Both the position numbers and the translations under genes were made by a program. 64,000 bases of DNA. It comes from Longimicrobiales bacterium. Its GTDB lineage: Bacteria; Gemmatimonadota; Gemmatimonadetes; Longimicrobiales; Gaopeijiaceae. Shown piece after piece: positions 1 to 8,807 of this stretch. The number at the start of each line of letters is the position of its first letter. The stretch's first letter is position 1. The notes beneath the pieces were generated by a model, which searched no databases, was not told where the DNA came from, and saw only the letters and a program-made list of their open reading frames with translations. Location: contig OZ220732.1 of NCBI GenBank assembly GCA_965116905.1, forward strand, positions 968,970-1,032,969, read 5' to 3'.

Positions 1-28
1 CTTGGGCGCGGCCCCGTGAAACGCACAA

Positions 29-66
29 GGGGGGCGACCGGTGACCGGTCACCCCCCTTGCTTTTT
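29..66 (+). terminator. Rho-independent terminator-like hairpin for a + strand gene upstream of the window
   Basis: GGGGGGCGACCGG-TGA-CCGGTCACCCCCC (13-bp stem, 1 mismatch, 3-nt loop) followed by the T-rich tract TTGCTTTTTGCTT. Confidence 0.5.
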
Positions 67-164
67 GCTTCGGGTTCGCTCGGGGATGGGATCTTCCATC
101 CCTGGCAGAACCGCCCGGCCTGCGTTGGCGCGACGCTGCACGGGCTCCGGTTCGCCAGAGATCT

Positions 165-344
165 CTAGATCCCCAACTCCCTCAGCTTCTCCAGCCGGAT
201 CTTCCCGGGAATGGTCTCGCCGGGCGGAACCCTGTCGAGCTTGGTCTCGACGGGCTCCGGCTTTTGATTGCCCTGCCGGAGAAGCGCGACGCCCGCGGCC
301 ATCAGAGCGGCCGCACCAAGCAGGTTGACAGTGGACTTTCGAAT
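165..344 (-). CDS. possible small membrane protein, start codon unresolved
   Basis: Open frame ...RKSTVNLLGAAALMAAGVALLRQGNQKPEPVETKLDRVPPGETIPGKIRLEKLRELGI*, with a strong SD (GGAGGGAG) 5 nt before an ATT codon at 344. The first in-frame ATG is at 302. One predicted TM helix. Confidence 0.25.
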   Translation of the reverse strand: MRKSTVNLLGAAALMAAGVALLRQGNQKPEPVETKLDRVPPGETIPGKIRLEKLRELGI

Positions 345-372
345 CGCTCCCTCCTGTTGTCCAGAGTGTGAA

Positions 373-411
373 TGCCGATATCCTTCACGCGAACGACATA
401 TAATATCGGCA
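373..411 (+). promoter_or_regulatory. putative promoter/operator upstream of the M20 peptidase gene
   Basis: Perfect TATAAT at 399-404 inside an AT-rich patch. A 9-bp inverted repeat TGCCGATAT (373-381) / ATATCGGCA (403-411) flanks it. Confidence 0.3.
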
Positions 412-565
412 ATATCCGTGCCAATGGTCTCGCCAGTGGGTGCGGACAGGACTCAACGTCCGCTCCTTCATGGATTTATCTGCGGTCTTGACGAAACGGG
501 GCCGGGCGGCCGCCGCGCCGCTGCAGGCTGTTCCGTGTCCCACTTTCCTGACGAGCAAACGAAAA

Positions 566-1768
566 ATGGACTCACACATCACTCAACGGGCCGATCCCGT
601 CGACATGACACGCAGGCTGGTTCGCACGCCTTCGGTCAATCCCGGCCTGGAAAAAGGCGGTGCCGGGGAACGCGCCGTCGCCGAGCTGGCAGCGGGGTGG
701 CTTTCCGGCTGGGGATACGAAACGGTGGTCACCGAAGTGTCGCCGGGACGCTCCAACGTGGTCTCCCGACGCGGCGGAGGATCGGGCCCGTCTCTGCTTC
801 TTAACGGCCATCTGGACACGGTCGGCGTGTCCGGAATGACCGAACCGTTTTCCGGCGCTGTGCGTGAAGGCCGGCTGTACGGCCGCGGCGCCGCCGACAT
901 GAAGGCCGGCGTGGCGTGCATCCTGGCCGCCGCGGCCGAACTGGCGGCCGAGCCGGCCTCCGGCCCTATCCCCGGTGAGCTGATCGTGGCCCTCACCGCC
1001 GACGAGGAGCACGCGTCCATCGGCATGGAGGCGCTGGTCGCGTCGGGAGTGGCGGCCGATGCGGCGGTCGTCTGCGAGCCCACCAGCCTCGCCGTCATGC
1101 CGGCGCACAAGGGGTTCCTGTGGATCGACGCGCGGGTGACGGGTCGTGCGGCGCACGGGTCCCGGCCCCATGTGGGGGTGGACGCGATCGCGCACATGGG
1201 CCACGTCCTGGTCGCGTTCGAAGAGGAGGCGGAACGCCTTGGACGGGAGACCGGACACGCACTGCTGGGGCCCGCGTCGCTTCATGCCGGCACGATCCGG
1301 GGCGGGAGTGCGCCCTCGGTCTACCCGGACCGGTGCGATCTGGTCGTGGAACGGCGAACGCTGCCGGGCGAAACGGCGGCGTCGGTCATGGGCGAGACGG
1401 AGCGGGTGGTGGCCGCGGCGCGGCAACGCTGTCCGGAGTTGAACGCGAGCATCGAGCCGGGACTCTTCCGCGCGGCGACCGAAGTGCCGGTCTCGTCACC
1501 GCTGGTGACCGGGCTCCGCCGGGCCTGCGCCCGCGCCGGACTTCCCGGCGATGTCAGGGGGATGTCCGCGTGGGTGGACGCCTGCTTCCTGAACGAGAGC
1601 GGCACCCCGGCCGTCTGCTTCGGACCGGGATCGATCGCGCAGGCACACACGGCCGACGAATGGGTGAGCGTGTCCGAGATCGAGACCTGCGCCCGGGTGC
1701 TAGGCGACTTTTCGCGCCGATTCCTGGCCGGTAAAGCGAGCGCGCCGGGTAAAGCGAACGCCGGGTGA
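566..1768 (+). CDS. M20 family metallopeptidase / ArgE-DapE-type deacylase
   Basis: Motifs LLLNGHLDTVG, GRGAADMKAG and TADEEH in ORF 440..1768. The ATG at 566 (MDSHITQ) was chosen because the upstream extension is non-homologous. Confidence 0.9.
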   Translation: MDSHITQRADPVDMTRRLVRTPSVNPGLEKGGAGERAVAELAAGWLSGWGYETVVTEVSPGRSNVVSRRGGGSGPSLLLNGHLDTVGVSGMTEPFSGAVREGRLYGRGAADMKAGVACILAAAAELAAEPASGPIPGELIVALTADEEHASIGMEALVASGVAADAAVVCEPTSLAVMPAHKGFLWIDARVTGRAAHGSRPHVGVDAIAHMGHVLVAFEEEAERLGRETGHALLGPASLHAGTIRGGSAPSVYPDRCDLVVERRTLPGETAASVMGETERVVAAARQRCPELNASIEPGLFRAATEVPVSSPLVTGLRRACARAGLPGDVRGMSAWVDACFLNESGTPAVCFGPGSIAQAHTADEWVSVSEIETCARVLGDFSRRFLAGKASAPGKANAG

Positions 1769-1782
1769 AGCGAACGGCCGGG

Positions 1783-2187
1783 CTACCGCGCCCGGCTCGT
1801 CACAACGATGGCGCCCCCGGGGAAGTTCGTCCCATACCGCATCGTGGCGTCCGAAGCGTTGAGATACCGTATCGATTCGATGTCGGAGACGGCGATCGAG
1901 CGCAGCGCGTTCTCGGGATCCCCGAGCCGGGCGCCGTCCTGCAGGACCTGGGGCCGGTTCGCGCCTGCCGAGCCCTGGCCACGCCCGGTCAGCCACCGGG
2001 GCCGGAGGCGCCGGACGACATCGAGGGCCGAGAGGGTGGCGTATTCGGTCAATTCCTCGGCGGTGATGAGATTGGGGTCCCGCCGGGGACCACTGGGGCG
2101 TCCCGTGCTGGAACAAGCGGCGAGGGCCGTTACCACGCCGAACGCGATAATGAAGCTCAACGTCATGTGCGAACGATTCAGGCGCAT
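1783..2187 (-). CDS. small lipoprotein with a TonB-receptor plug-like C-terminal motif
   Basis: Signal peptide plus lipobox (VTALAAC). C-terminus reads DIESIRYLNASDATMRYGTNFPGGAIVVTSR, resembling the plug-domain IEVLKGPxSxLYGSxAxxGVInIxTK motif. Confidence 0.65.
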   Translation of the reverse strand: MRLNRSHMTLSFIIAFGVVTALAACSSTGRPSGPRRDPNLITAEELTEYATLSALDVVRRLRPRWLTGRGQGSAGANRPQVLQDGARLGDPENALRSIAVSDIESIRYLNASDATMRYGTNFPGGAIVVTSRAR

Positions 2188-2284
2188 ACCCTACTCCTTT
2201 GTTGGCGGGGAGTGACCCTGGTATTGGGGCCACAGCCGGGACATCCCCGGGGCGGACATTGTAAGTCTCCGGGAGCGGCGGCTG

Positions 2285-3511
2285 TCAAGACGTCAGCGCG
2301 GGGAGAGGGATTCTCACGACATACGGGACGTCCAGTTCGTCCAGAAACCACGCGTAGATGTTGCCATTGCGAATCCGCAGCGGTCCCCGTGGAGTCCCGC
2401 CCAGCACCAGGCGCAGGGAGCCCAGGTAGTCCCCCTCGTGGGTGAAGAGATCGTAGAAGGACGGCTCGTCGCCTCCGGTGACGCGCTGGACCCAGAGCCA
2501 TCCGCCGGGATCGACGAAAACGCCTCGCAGAATCGGCTTCACGTCGGGCATCAGGTCCGCGATCGCTTCGGCTGCGCGACGGCTCTCCGGATCGCGCTCG
2601 ACCATCTCACGCACGAAATCGGCCCGGTCCTCGTCCGTCACGGGATCGACGGGCAGATCGGCCTCGATCACCAGCACGGTGTCTCCTGCCTCATCCGTCC
2701 GCGCCAGGCGGTACGAGGCCGTGTTCGCGTGCCACAGCCCTCCCGCCGGAATCACGCGCACAACCCGGCCGCCCTCGAAGGGAATGCCCCGGTAGGACCA
2801 GCCGCCGCCCTCCTCGGAAATGTACGACCGCCCCGAACTCTCCCCCGTGTAGACCGAATCCGTGTCCTCCGTGGCGGGGTCGTACCACTTGAAGTAGGTG
2901 CGAAAGGAAGACTCGACGAGCCCCGTCTCCGGTGGCCAGGACCGCTCTTCGTCGGAGTGGCTCGTGGCCCTCCACAGGCGTCCGCGGTCGTCCCACACCG
3001 GGTCCCAGATATACCCGTAGCTGCGGACCGGGAAGGGGAACCGCGCGACCTCGTCGCCGGCGAGGTTGACGCCGATGATGTCCATCTGCCCGTGATCGTT
3101 CATCCAGAGGAGACTGTCGCCCTGGAGAAAGATGCCGTTGGCCTCCCTGATCTCGCCCGGCCCCTCGCCCTGGGACGCCAGCACCTCGATGAACGTGCCG
3201 TCGGGGGCGAACGCCCTGACCTCGGAAGCCTGGTAGTCCAGCACGTAGATCGTGCCGTCGCCGGCGGCCTCGACGCCCCGGATGTCGCCGAAAATGTAGT
3301 TGGGGTCGCCCTCGAGGACGCCGACCTTGAGGTCTGCACGCGCGTCGGCCACCGACGGAGCGGCGGCGTCAATGGGCGGGAGAGCCGTGTACCTTATGAG
3401 CCATGCGCCGTTGGGGAGCGTCTCACGCACGGCGTTGGTGGCCGTGGAGGTTTCCGAGGCGCACGACCAGGAGGCCGAAATGGCGACGAGGACGGGAAGC
3501 GCGCGGGGCAT
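2285..3511 (-). CDS. secreted 6-bladed beta-propeller (NHL-like) protein
   Basis: N-terminal signal (MPRALPVLVAISA). Repeated propeller-like segments including the GEGPGEIREANGIF motif. Start taken at ATG 3511 within ORF 2285..3616. Confidence 0.7.
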   Translation of the reverse strand: MPRALPVLVAISASWSCASETSTATNAVRETLPNGAWLIRYTALPPIDAAAPSVADARADLKVGVLEGDPNYIFGDIRGVEAAGDGTIYVLDYQASEVRAFAPDGTFIEVLASQGEGPGEIREANGIFLQGDSLLWMNDHGQMDIIGVNLAGDEVARFPFPVRSYGYIWDPVWDDRGRLWRATSHSDEERSWPPETGLVESSFRTYFKWYDPATEDTDSVYTGESSGRSYISEEGGGWSYRGIPFEGGRVVRVIPAGGLWHANTASYRLARTDEAGDTVLVIEADLPVDPVTDEDRADFVREMVERDPESRRAAEAIADLMPDVKPILRGVFVDPGGWLWVQRVTGGDEPSFYDLFTHEGDYLGSLRLVLGGTPRGPLRIRNGNIYAWFLDELDVPYVVRIPLPALTS

Positions 3512-3540
3512 TGGGGACTTGCTCGGGGCTGCGAGTCGAC

Positions 3541-3579
3541 GAATGGATAGAATGGACGAATGGATACAATGATTGTATC
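3541..3579. promoter_or_regulatory. repeat/palindrome cluster in a divergent intergenic region
   Basis: GAATGGATA-GAATGGAC-GAATGGATA tandem units run into the perfect palindrome GATACAAT-G-ATTGTATC (3563-3579). It lies between the beta-propeller gene and the MaoC gene. Confidence 0.3.
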
Positions 3580-3614
3580 GGAGAAGTGACGTCGATGTTC
3601 CCAATGGCCATGTC

Positions 3615-4097
3615 ATGCGCTACCTGACTCCCGACACCGCCCACGAGGCGCTGGGGCGGACGTTCGTGTCCGACTGGATCGAGGTCGACCAGGAACGCAT
3701 CACCACCTTCGGCCACGTCACCGAGGACCTGGATCCGCACCATGTGGACCCTGCGTACGCCGCGGAGCACAGCCCGTGGGGCGGCACCATCGCCTTCGGT
3801 TTCCTGACCCTGTCGCTGATGACCCCGATGTTGTACCAGGTCTACCGGTACCGGATGGACGGCGGGCGCGAGGACGGATATCCGGCCAGCTACGGTTTCG
3901 ACAAGGTGCGATTCGTGTCTCCCGTTCCCTCGGGATCGCGGATTCGGGGGCATTTCACGGTCAAGGACGTCACCGAGCGCAAGCAGGGTCAACTTAAGAT
4001 TACCTTTGATTGCCGCGTGGAGATCGAAGGCGAGGAAAGGCCCGCGCTTGTGGGAGAATGGCTTTCGCTGTGGCTGACGCCGCCCGCGGGGGAGTGA
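3615..4097 (+). CDS. MaoC-like dehydratase (hot-dog fold)
   Basis: Sequence ...TEDLDPHHVDPAYAAEHSPWGGTIAFGFLTLSL... is typical of the MaoC/(R)-specific enoyl-CoA hydratase family. Start at ATG 3615. Confidence 0.85.
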   Translation: MRYLTPDTAHEALGRTFVSDWIEVDQERITTFGHVTEDLDPHHVDPAYAAEHSPWGGTIAFGFLTLSLMTPMLYQVYRYRMDGGREDGYPASYGFDKVRFVSPVPSGSRIRGHFTVKDVTERKQGQLKITFDCRVEIEGEERPALVGEWLSLWLTPPAGE

Positions 4098-5740
4098 CCC
4101 GCCCCGGGTGCGGGTCCAGGGTGCCGACCAACGCGACCCTCCTCGCCGAGCGGGCACGGACCCATGCCGACAAGCTCTTCCTGCGCTTTCGCGAGGCGGA
4201 CTTCACCTATGCGGACTTTGATCGCCGCGTCGGGTGGCTGGCGTCGGGGATCCGGGCGCACGGCCTGGGTGGGGTGATCCCGACGCTTCTTCCCAACTGT
4301 GCCGACGCGGTCGCGCTCTGGTTTGCCGCCAACCGCGCGGGAGCGGTCTGGGCCCCGCTCAACACCGGTTTTCGCGGAATCGGACTGGCGCACGCGGTCA
4401 ACCTGACGGGTTCCCGCGACCTGATCGTGGACCAGTCGCTGGTGGACCCCCTTCTCGGCGCCGCCGACCGCCTGGAACACGTGGAAAGGCTCTTCGTCCG
4501 CGGCCTGGACGAGGAGGCATCCCGGGCGCTGTCACGAGCGAGCCGCCGTTTCACGGTGCTGCCGTTCGAGGCCATCGTGCGCGCCGATGACGGTGCGCCG
4601 GCCCACGGTGCGTCGGCCCACAGTGCGTCTCCCCACGGTGCGTCGCCCCACCGTCCGGCGTCGCCGGCGGATCCGTCCCTACTCATCTACACGTCGGGCA
4701 CCACGGGCGCGTCGAAGGCCTGCGAGCTGTCCCACCGCTACGTCCTGGGCCAGGCCGCACAACTCGCCCGCGCCGCCCGCATGCGTTCGGACGACGTGAT
4801 CTTCTGCCCGTATCCCGTGTTTCACTGGGACGCCACGATCGGAACGGTGGGCCCGGCCCTGCACCTCGGAGCGACCGCCGTCATCACGGAGCGTTTCAGC
4901 GTTTCCCGCTTCTGGTCGGACGTGCGCAGCTACGGAGTGACGGTGTTCGACTTCATGGGCGCGACGCTGACCTTCCTCTACAATCAGGAGCCCCGCGAGG
5001 ACGACGCGGACAATCCCGCGCGACTCGGATGGGGCGTCCCGATGCCGGCGTTCCAGACCGATTTCGAGCGGCGTTTCGGCCTCAGGCTTGTCGAGGGCTA
5101 CGGATCGACGGAGCTGGGCGTCGCCGTGTTTTGCGACCTGGAAGACACCCGTCCGCCACCGCCGGGCTCGTGCGGCCGATGCCTTCCCGAGTTTCGGCTG
5201 CGCATTGTGGACGACGACGGTCGACCGCTTCCGCCGGGGAGCGTGGGCGAGATCGCGGCGAGGCCTGCGGCTGCCGACGACCGGCACCTGATGATGACGG
5301 GGTACTATCGCATGCCCGAGGCGAACCGCGAGGCGTTTCGCGACGGCTGGTTCCACACGGGCGATCTGGGCCGCCTGGACGAGGCGGGCAACCTGTACTT
5401 CGAGGGCCGCAGGAAGGACGCGATCCGACGGCGGGGCGAGAACATCTCGGCCTTCGAAATCGAGCAGGTGATCGAGTCCCACCCGGCCGTCGTCGAGGCG
5501 GCGGCCTACGGCGTGCCGAGCGAATTCACGGAAGAGGACGTTGCCCTGGCGGTGGTGGTCAGGGACGGTCGCCAGCTCGGCGCCGACGAGATCCTGGAGT
5601 ACTGCCGCGGGCGGATGGCGCGCTACATGGTTCCGGACCACGTGCGCTTCCTGGACGCGTTGCCGAAGACTCCCACGGAGAAGATCTCCAAGCAGCTTCT
5701 CCGCGAATGGCATGTTCCCCCGGCTGGACCGAATCGCTAG
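4094..5740 (+). CDS. AMP-dependent acyl-CoA synthetase/ligase
   Basis: AMP-binding motif LLIYTSGTTGASKACELSHR, then GYGSTE and TGDLGRLDEAGNLYFEGRRKD. The GTG at 4094 overlaps the MaoC stop (GTGA); an alternative ATG lies at 4058. Confidence 0.9.
   Translation: MTRPGCGSRVPTNATLLAERARTHADKLFLRFREADFTYADFDRRVGWLASGIRAHGLGGVIPTLLPNCADAVALWFAANRAGAVWAPLNTGFRGIGLAHAVNLTGSRDLIVDQSLVDPLLGAADRLEHVERLFVRGLDEEASRALSRASRRFTVLPFEAIVRADDGAPAHGASAHSASPHGASPHRPASPADPSLLIYTSGTTGASKACELSHRYVLGQAAQLARAARMRSDDVIFCPYPVFHWDATIGTVGPALHLGATAVITERFSVSRFWSDVRSYGVTVFDFMGATLTFLYNQEPREDDADNPARLGWGVPMPAFQTDFERRFGLRLVEGYGSTELGVAVFCDLEDTRPPPPGSCGRCLPEFRLRIVDDDGRPLPPGSVGEIAARPAAADDRHLMMTGYYRMPEANREAFRDGWFHTGDLGRLDEAGNLYFEGRRKDAIRRRGENISAFEIEQVIESHPAVVEAAAYGVPSEFTEEDVALAVVVRDGRQLGADEILEYCRGRMARYMVPDHVRFLDALPKTPTEKISKQLLREWHVPPAGPNR
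4589..4665 (+). repeat. in-frame 15-bp tandem repeat (4 copies plus 1 degenerate) inside the acyl-CoA synthetase
   Basis: Units GACGGTGCGCCGGCC / CACGGTGCGTCGGCC / CACAGTGCGTCTCCC / CACGGTGCGTCGCCC encode AHGAS-AHSAS-PHGAS-PH just upstream of the AMP-binding motif. Confidence 0.8.
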
Positions 5741-5826
5741 CATTCCATTGGCCGTGTGCGGGGAAGCGTCACGAACGGAACGGGTGACGGCGGTCCCCGC
5801 GCTCCAAGGTCCCATCCGGAGACGAG

Positions 5827-6435
5827 ATGCGGAAACAGCTCGCAGCGCTGATTGCGCTGGGCATGATCCTGATTCCCACGGGGGTCGCTCAGGCCCAGTA
5901 CGGTTTCGGGCTGATCGCCGGTGTCGGGCGGACCGCGTTCACCGGTGCCGGCTCTACCGACGTGCCCTGGAGAACATCCGCACTGGCCGGTGCACTGGTC
6001 GAGATTCCCGCGGACCGGCTCCTGTCCCTGCGGGTGGAGCTGTACGTCGCGACCAAGGGATCGCCGCAGGTGCGATCGGGGCTGGGAGATGGGCTTCGCC
6101 AGGATGCGCTGAAGCTCGCCTACGTGCAGCTTCCGGTGCTGGTGCAGCTGCAGACCCCCCTGGGCGTGCCCCTCCGGTCGCGCACCTTCATGGGCGTGTC
6201 TTCCGCCGTGCCCGTGCGTTGCAGGGTGGCCAACCAGAGTTGTCGCGGGGTCGATCATTTCCACCTCGTGTCCTACGATTTCGGCATGCTGTTCGGTGCC
6301 GAGATCGACTTTCGCGGGTTGGGGATCGGCGCCCGCTACGAGGCCGGCCTGACCTCCGTGCTGCCCGCGGCGACCGGCGGGGACGTGAGGAACGGGATGC
6401 TTGCGTTCACGATGCGGTATACGTGGGGGCGCTGA
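5827..6435 (+). CDS. outer-membrane beta-barrel protein (OMP_b-brl-like)
   Basis: Signal peptide MRKQLAALIALGMILIPTGVAQAQ. Alternating hydrophobic beta-strand pattern and an aromatic-rich C-terminus. Confidence 0.65.
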   Translation: MRKQLAALIALGMILIPTGVAQAQYGFGLIAGVGRTAFTGAGSTDVPWRTSALAGALVEIPADRLLSLRVELYVATKGSPQVRSGLGDGLRQDALKLAYVQLPVLVQLQTPLGVPLRSRTFMGVSSAVPVRCRVANQSCRGVDHFHLVSYDFGMLFGAEIDFRGLGIGARYEAGLTSVLPAATGGDVRNGMLAFTMRYTWGR

Positions 6436-7147
6436 AGAACTCGGACAGGAAGTCCGTTGCCGGCCGGGCGGCCAGGTCTTCGGGCGGACCGCTTTGCACC
6501 ACGCGCCCCCCTTCGAGCGCATATACGGTCGGCTGCCCCAGGGCCTGAATGTCACGGACATCGTGCGTGACCACGATTGCGGGCATGTTGCGTTTCGCGA
6601 GGTGGCGGGCGAGGTACCCGCGGAATCGGCGCCGCGCGGCCGTGTCCATCGCGGCCAGGGGCTCGTCGAGGAGCAGCAGGTCGGGCTCGGGAAGGAGTGC
6701 CCGGGCCAGTGCGACGCGCTGTTTCTCGCCGCCGGACAGCGTGGTGGGAAGACGGCGCGACAAGTGACCGCATTCGATCCGGTCGAGCACGCTTGCGGCG
6801 GTGGCCAGACGGTCCGCGCGGGGCGGCCTGGGCCGGGTTGCGGCGAGCCCGAAGGCGACGTTCTCGACGACGGTGAGGTGTGGGAACAGACCGTAGCCCT
6901 GAGGCACGTAGCCGACGCGGCGCTTCTCCGGCGCGAGGGAGATGCCCTGGTCGGAATCGTGCAGAACCCGATCGCCCACCCGGATTCGGCCGGCGGTGGG
7001 CTGGTAGGCACCCGCGATGACTCGCAGCAGGGTGGTCTTCCCGGAGCCGTTGGGGCCAATCAGGAGCACCGGCGTGCCCCCGCCCTCGATGGTTGCGTTC
7101 AGATCGAAGGAACCCGCCCGCACCTCGACTCCGACCGACCAGTGCAC
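6407..7147 (-). CDS. modC: molybdate-type ABC transporter ATP-binding protein
   Basis: Walker A GPNGSGKTT, signature LSGGEKQRVALARAL, Walker B LLLLDEP. Immediately downstream of modB. No C-terminal TOBE-like extension is evident. Confidence 0.8.
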   Translation of the reverse strand: MHWSVGVEVRAGSFDLNATIEGGGTPVLLIGPNGSGKTTLLRVIAGAYQPTAGRIRVGDRVLHDSDQGISLAPEKRRVGYVPQGYGLFPHLTVVENVAFGLAATRPRPPRADRLATAASVLDRIECGHLSRRLPTTLSGGEKQRVALARALLPEPDLLLLDEPLAAMDTAARRRFRGYLARHLAKRNMPAIVVTHDVRDIQALGQPTVYALEGGRVVQSGPPEDLAARPATDFLSEFFSAPTYTAS

Positions 7148-7152
7148 GGCAG

Positions 7153-8025
7153 TCAGGCTCCCCTGTTCGGGGGTGGGGGGGGCGCGGCCGCGACCGTACG
7201 TTCCCGGGGTGCCACGGCCCCGCCGAATCGGCGTGCGAGCAGGGAAGGCACCGTGCGCAGGGGCACCAGCAGCAGCGCACTCGCCGCGGCCAGCACGAGG
7301 GCCAGCGCGACGGCGACCCGCGTGTCGGACTCGAGCGCCGTGTAGATCGCCAGCGGCATGGTCTGGGTGGAGCCCATGAAGTTCCCCGCGAAGAAGAGGG
7401 TCGCGCCGAACTCACCCAGCGCGCGGGCCCAGGAAAGCGCCGCGCCCACGGCGAGGCCGGGGAGGGCCAGGGGTACGGCCACACGGAAGAACGCACCCCT
7501 GGGCGACTGCCCCAGCGTGCGTGCGACGATGAGCAGGTCCTCGTCGACGCGCCGAAACGCGGCTGCCGCGGCCTGCACGTAGAAGGGCGCGGAGACGACC
7601 GTCTGCGCCACGACCACGGCCGCGGTGGTGAAGGGGATGTGGACGCCCAGGGCCGACATCGCGGGGCCCAGCAGCCCCTCCCGTCCAAACGTCTGCAACA
7701 GCGCGATCCCCATGACGGCCGGGGGGATGACGATCGGGAGGTCGACCACGATTTCCACCACCCGGGTGCGCCGGGAGGTCCGGTTCGCCATCCACCAGGC
7801 GAGCGGCGTGCCCGTGATCACGACGACCAACAGGCTGGCGGCGGTTGTGCGCGCGCTGAGCCACAGAGCGGGACCGAACAGGGGATGCCGCGCGCCCGCG
7901 GCGATGTCGGCGGGCGCGGAGGCGCCGGCCAGCGCGATCAGGGGGACCGCGAGGAGCGCCAGCATGGGAACCGCGGCGAGGATGCCCCACCGCCCCGCCC
8001 CCAACCCCCCGCCCGGCTCCCTCAT
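7153..8025 (-). CDS. modB: molybdate ABC transporter permease
   Basis: Binding-protein-dependent permease signature ...[22 protein letters not shown]... The ATG at 8025 overlaps the modA stop (ATGA). Confidence 0.85.
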   Translation of the reverse strand: MREPGGGLGAGRWGILAAVPMLALLAVPLIALAGASAPADIAAGARHPLFGPALWLSARTTAASLLVVVITGTPLAWWMANRTSRRTRVVEIVVDLPIVIPPAVMGIALLQTFGREGLLGPAMSALGVHIPFTTAAVVVAQTVVSAPFYVQAAAAAFRRVDEDLLIVARTLGQSPRGAFFRVAVPLALPGLAVGAALSWARALGEFGATLFFAGNFMGSTQTMPLAIYTALESDTRVAVALALVLAAASALLLVPLRTVPSLLARRFGGAVAPRERTVAAAPPPPPNRGA

Positions 8026-8807
8026 CGCGCGGGCGCGGAGCCGGCCAGGAAGCCGCGGCGCGTCATGATGTCCTGGCCGGCGGGCGACGCCGCGAAGTCG
8101 ATCCACAGCTCCGCGCCCTCCGGGTTGGCGGCCGCGGTGAGGGCGCCCATCAGGTAGTCGGCGCGCACGTTCACCTCGTCCGGGAGCGGTATCACGCGCA
8201 CGCGGCCCGGGACGGCGTCGGTGCGGTACACGATGGCGGCGTCGGCCACCCCAAGCTCGACCTTGGCGCGGGCGAGACGGACGTTGCTCTCCTCCGACAC
8301 GACGCGCCCGAGGACGGCGGCTTCGAAGTCCGTGCCGTGCCGCGTGGTGGCCCTTCGCAGGGCCATGCGTGCGTATCTGCCCGCCGGGACGTGTTCGGTC
8401 CCGATCACCAGGCGCCGCGCGCGGGGAAGGTCCTCGAAGGCCGCGATGGCGGCGGGGTTGTCGCGCGGCACGATGACCACGAGCTCGTTCTCCGTGAACA
8501 CGCGGCTGCCGGTGATCAGGCCCGCCCGCGCCAGCGCGTCCACGTGCCGCTGGTCGGCCGAAGCGAACACGTCGGCACGCGCTCCCTGCTCGATCTGGAG
8601 CCGCAGCACCTGGCTGCCCGCGAAGACCGGCACCACGTCGATCTCCGGGTAGGCGTCCTCGAAGGCTCCCGCCATTTCCTGGAACGCTTCGGTCAGCGAC
8701 GAGGCGGCGAAGACCCGCAGCACCTCACCCTCCGGGGCGCTTCCGCCGCACCCCGCGAGCAGGATCGCCGCGAGCGAGGCCGTTCGCGGCGCCAACGCCG
8801 ATTTCAC
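8022..8807 (-). CDS. modA: molybdate ABC transporter periplasmic substrate-binding lipoprotein
   Basis: Lipobox LLAGC. Sequence [19 protein letters not shown]...[25 protein letters not shown] is typical of ModA. Confidence 0.85.
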   Translation of the reverse strand: MKSALAPRTASLAAILLAGCGGSAPEGEVLRVFAASSLTEAFQEMAGAFEDAYPEIDVVPVFAGSQVLRLQIEQGARADVFASADQRHVDALARAGLITGSRVFTENELVVIVPRDNPAAIAAFEDLPRARRLVIGTEHVPAGRYARMALRRATTRHGTDFEAAVLGRVVSEESNVRLARAKVELGVADAAIVYRTDAVPGRVRVIPLPDEVNVRADYLMGALTAAANPEGAELWIDFAASPAGQDIMTRRGFLAGSAPAR

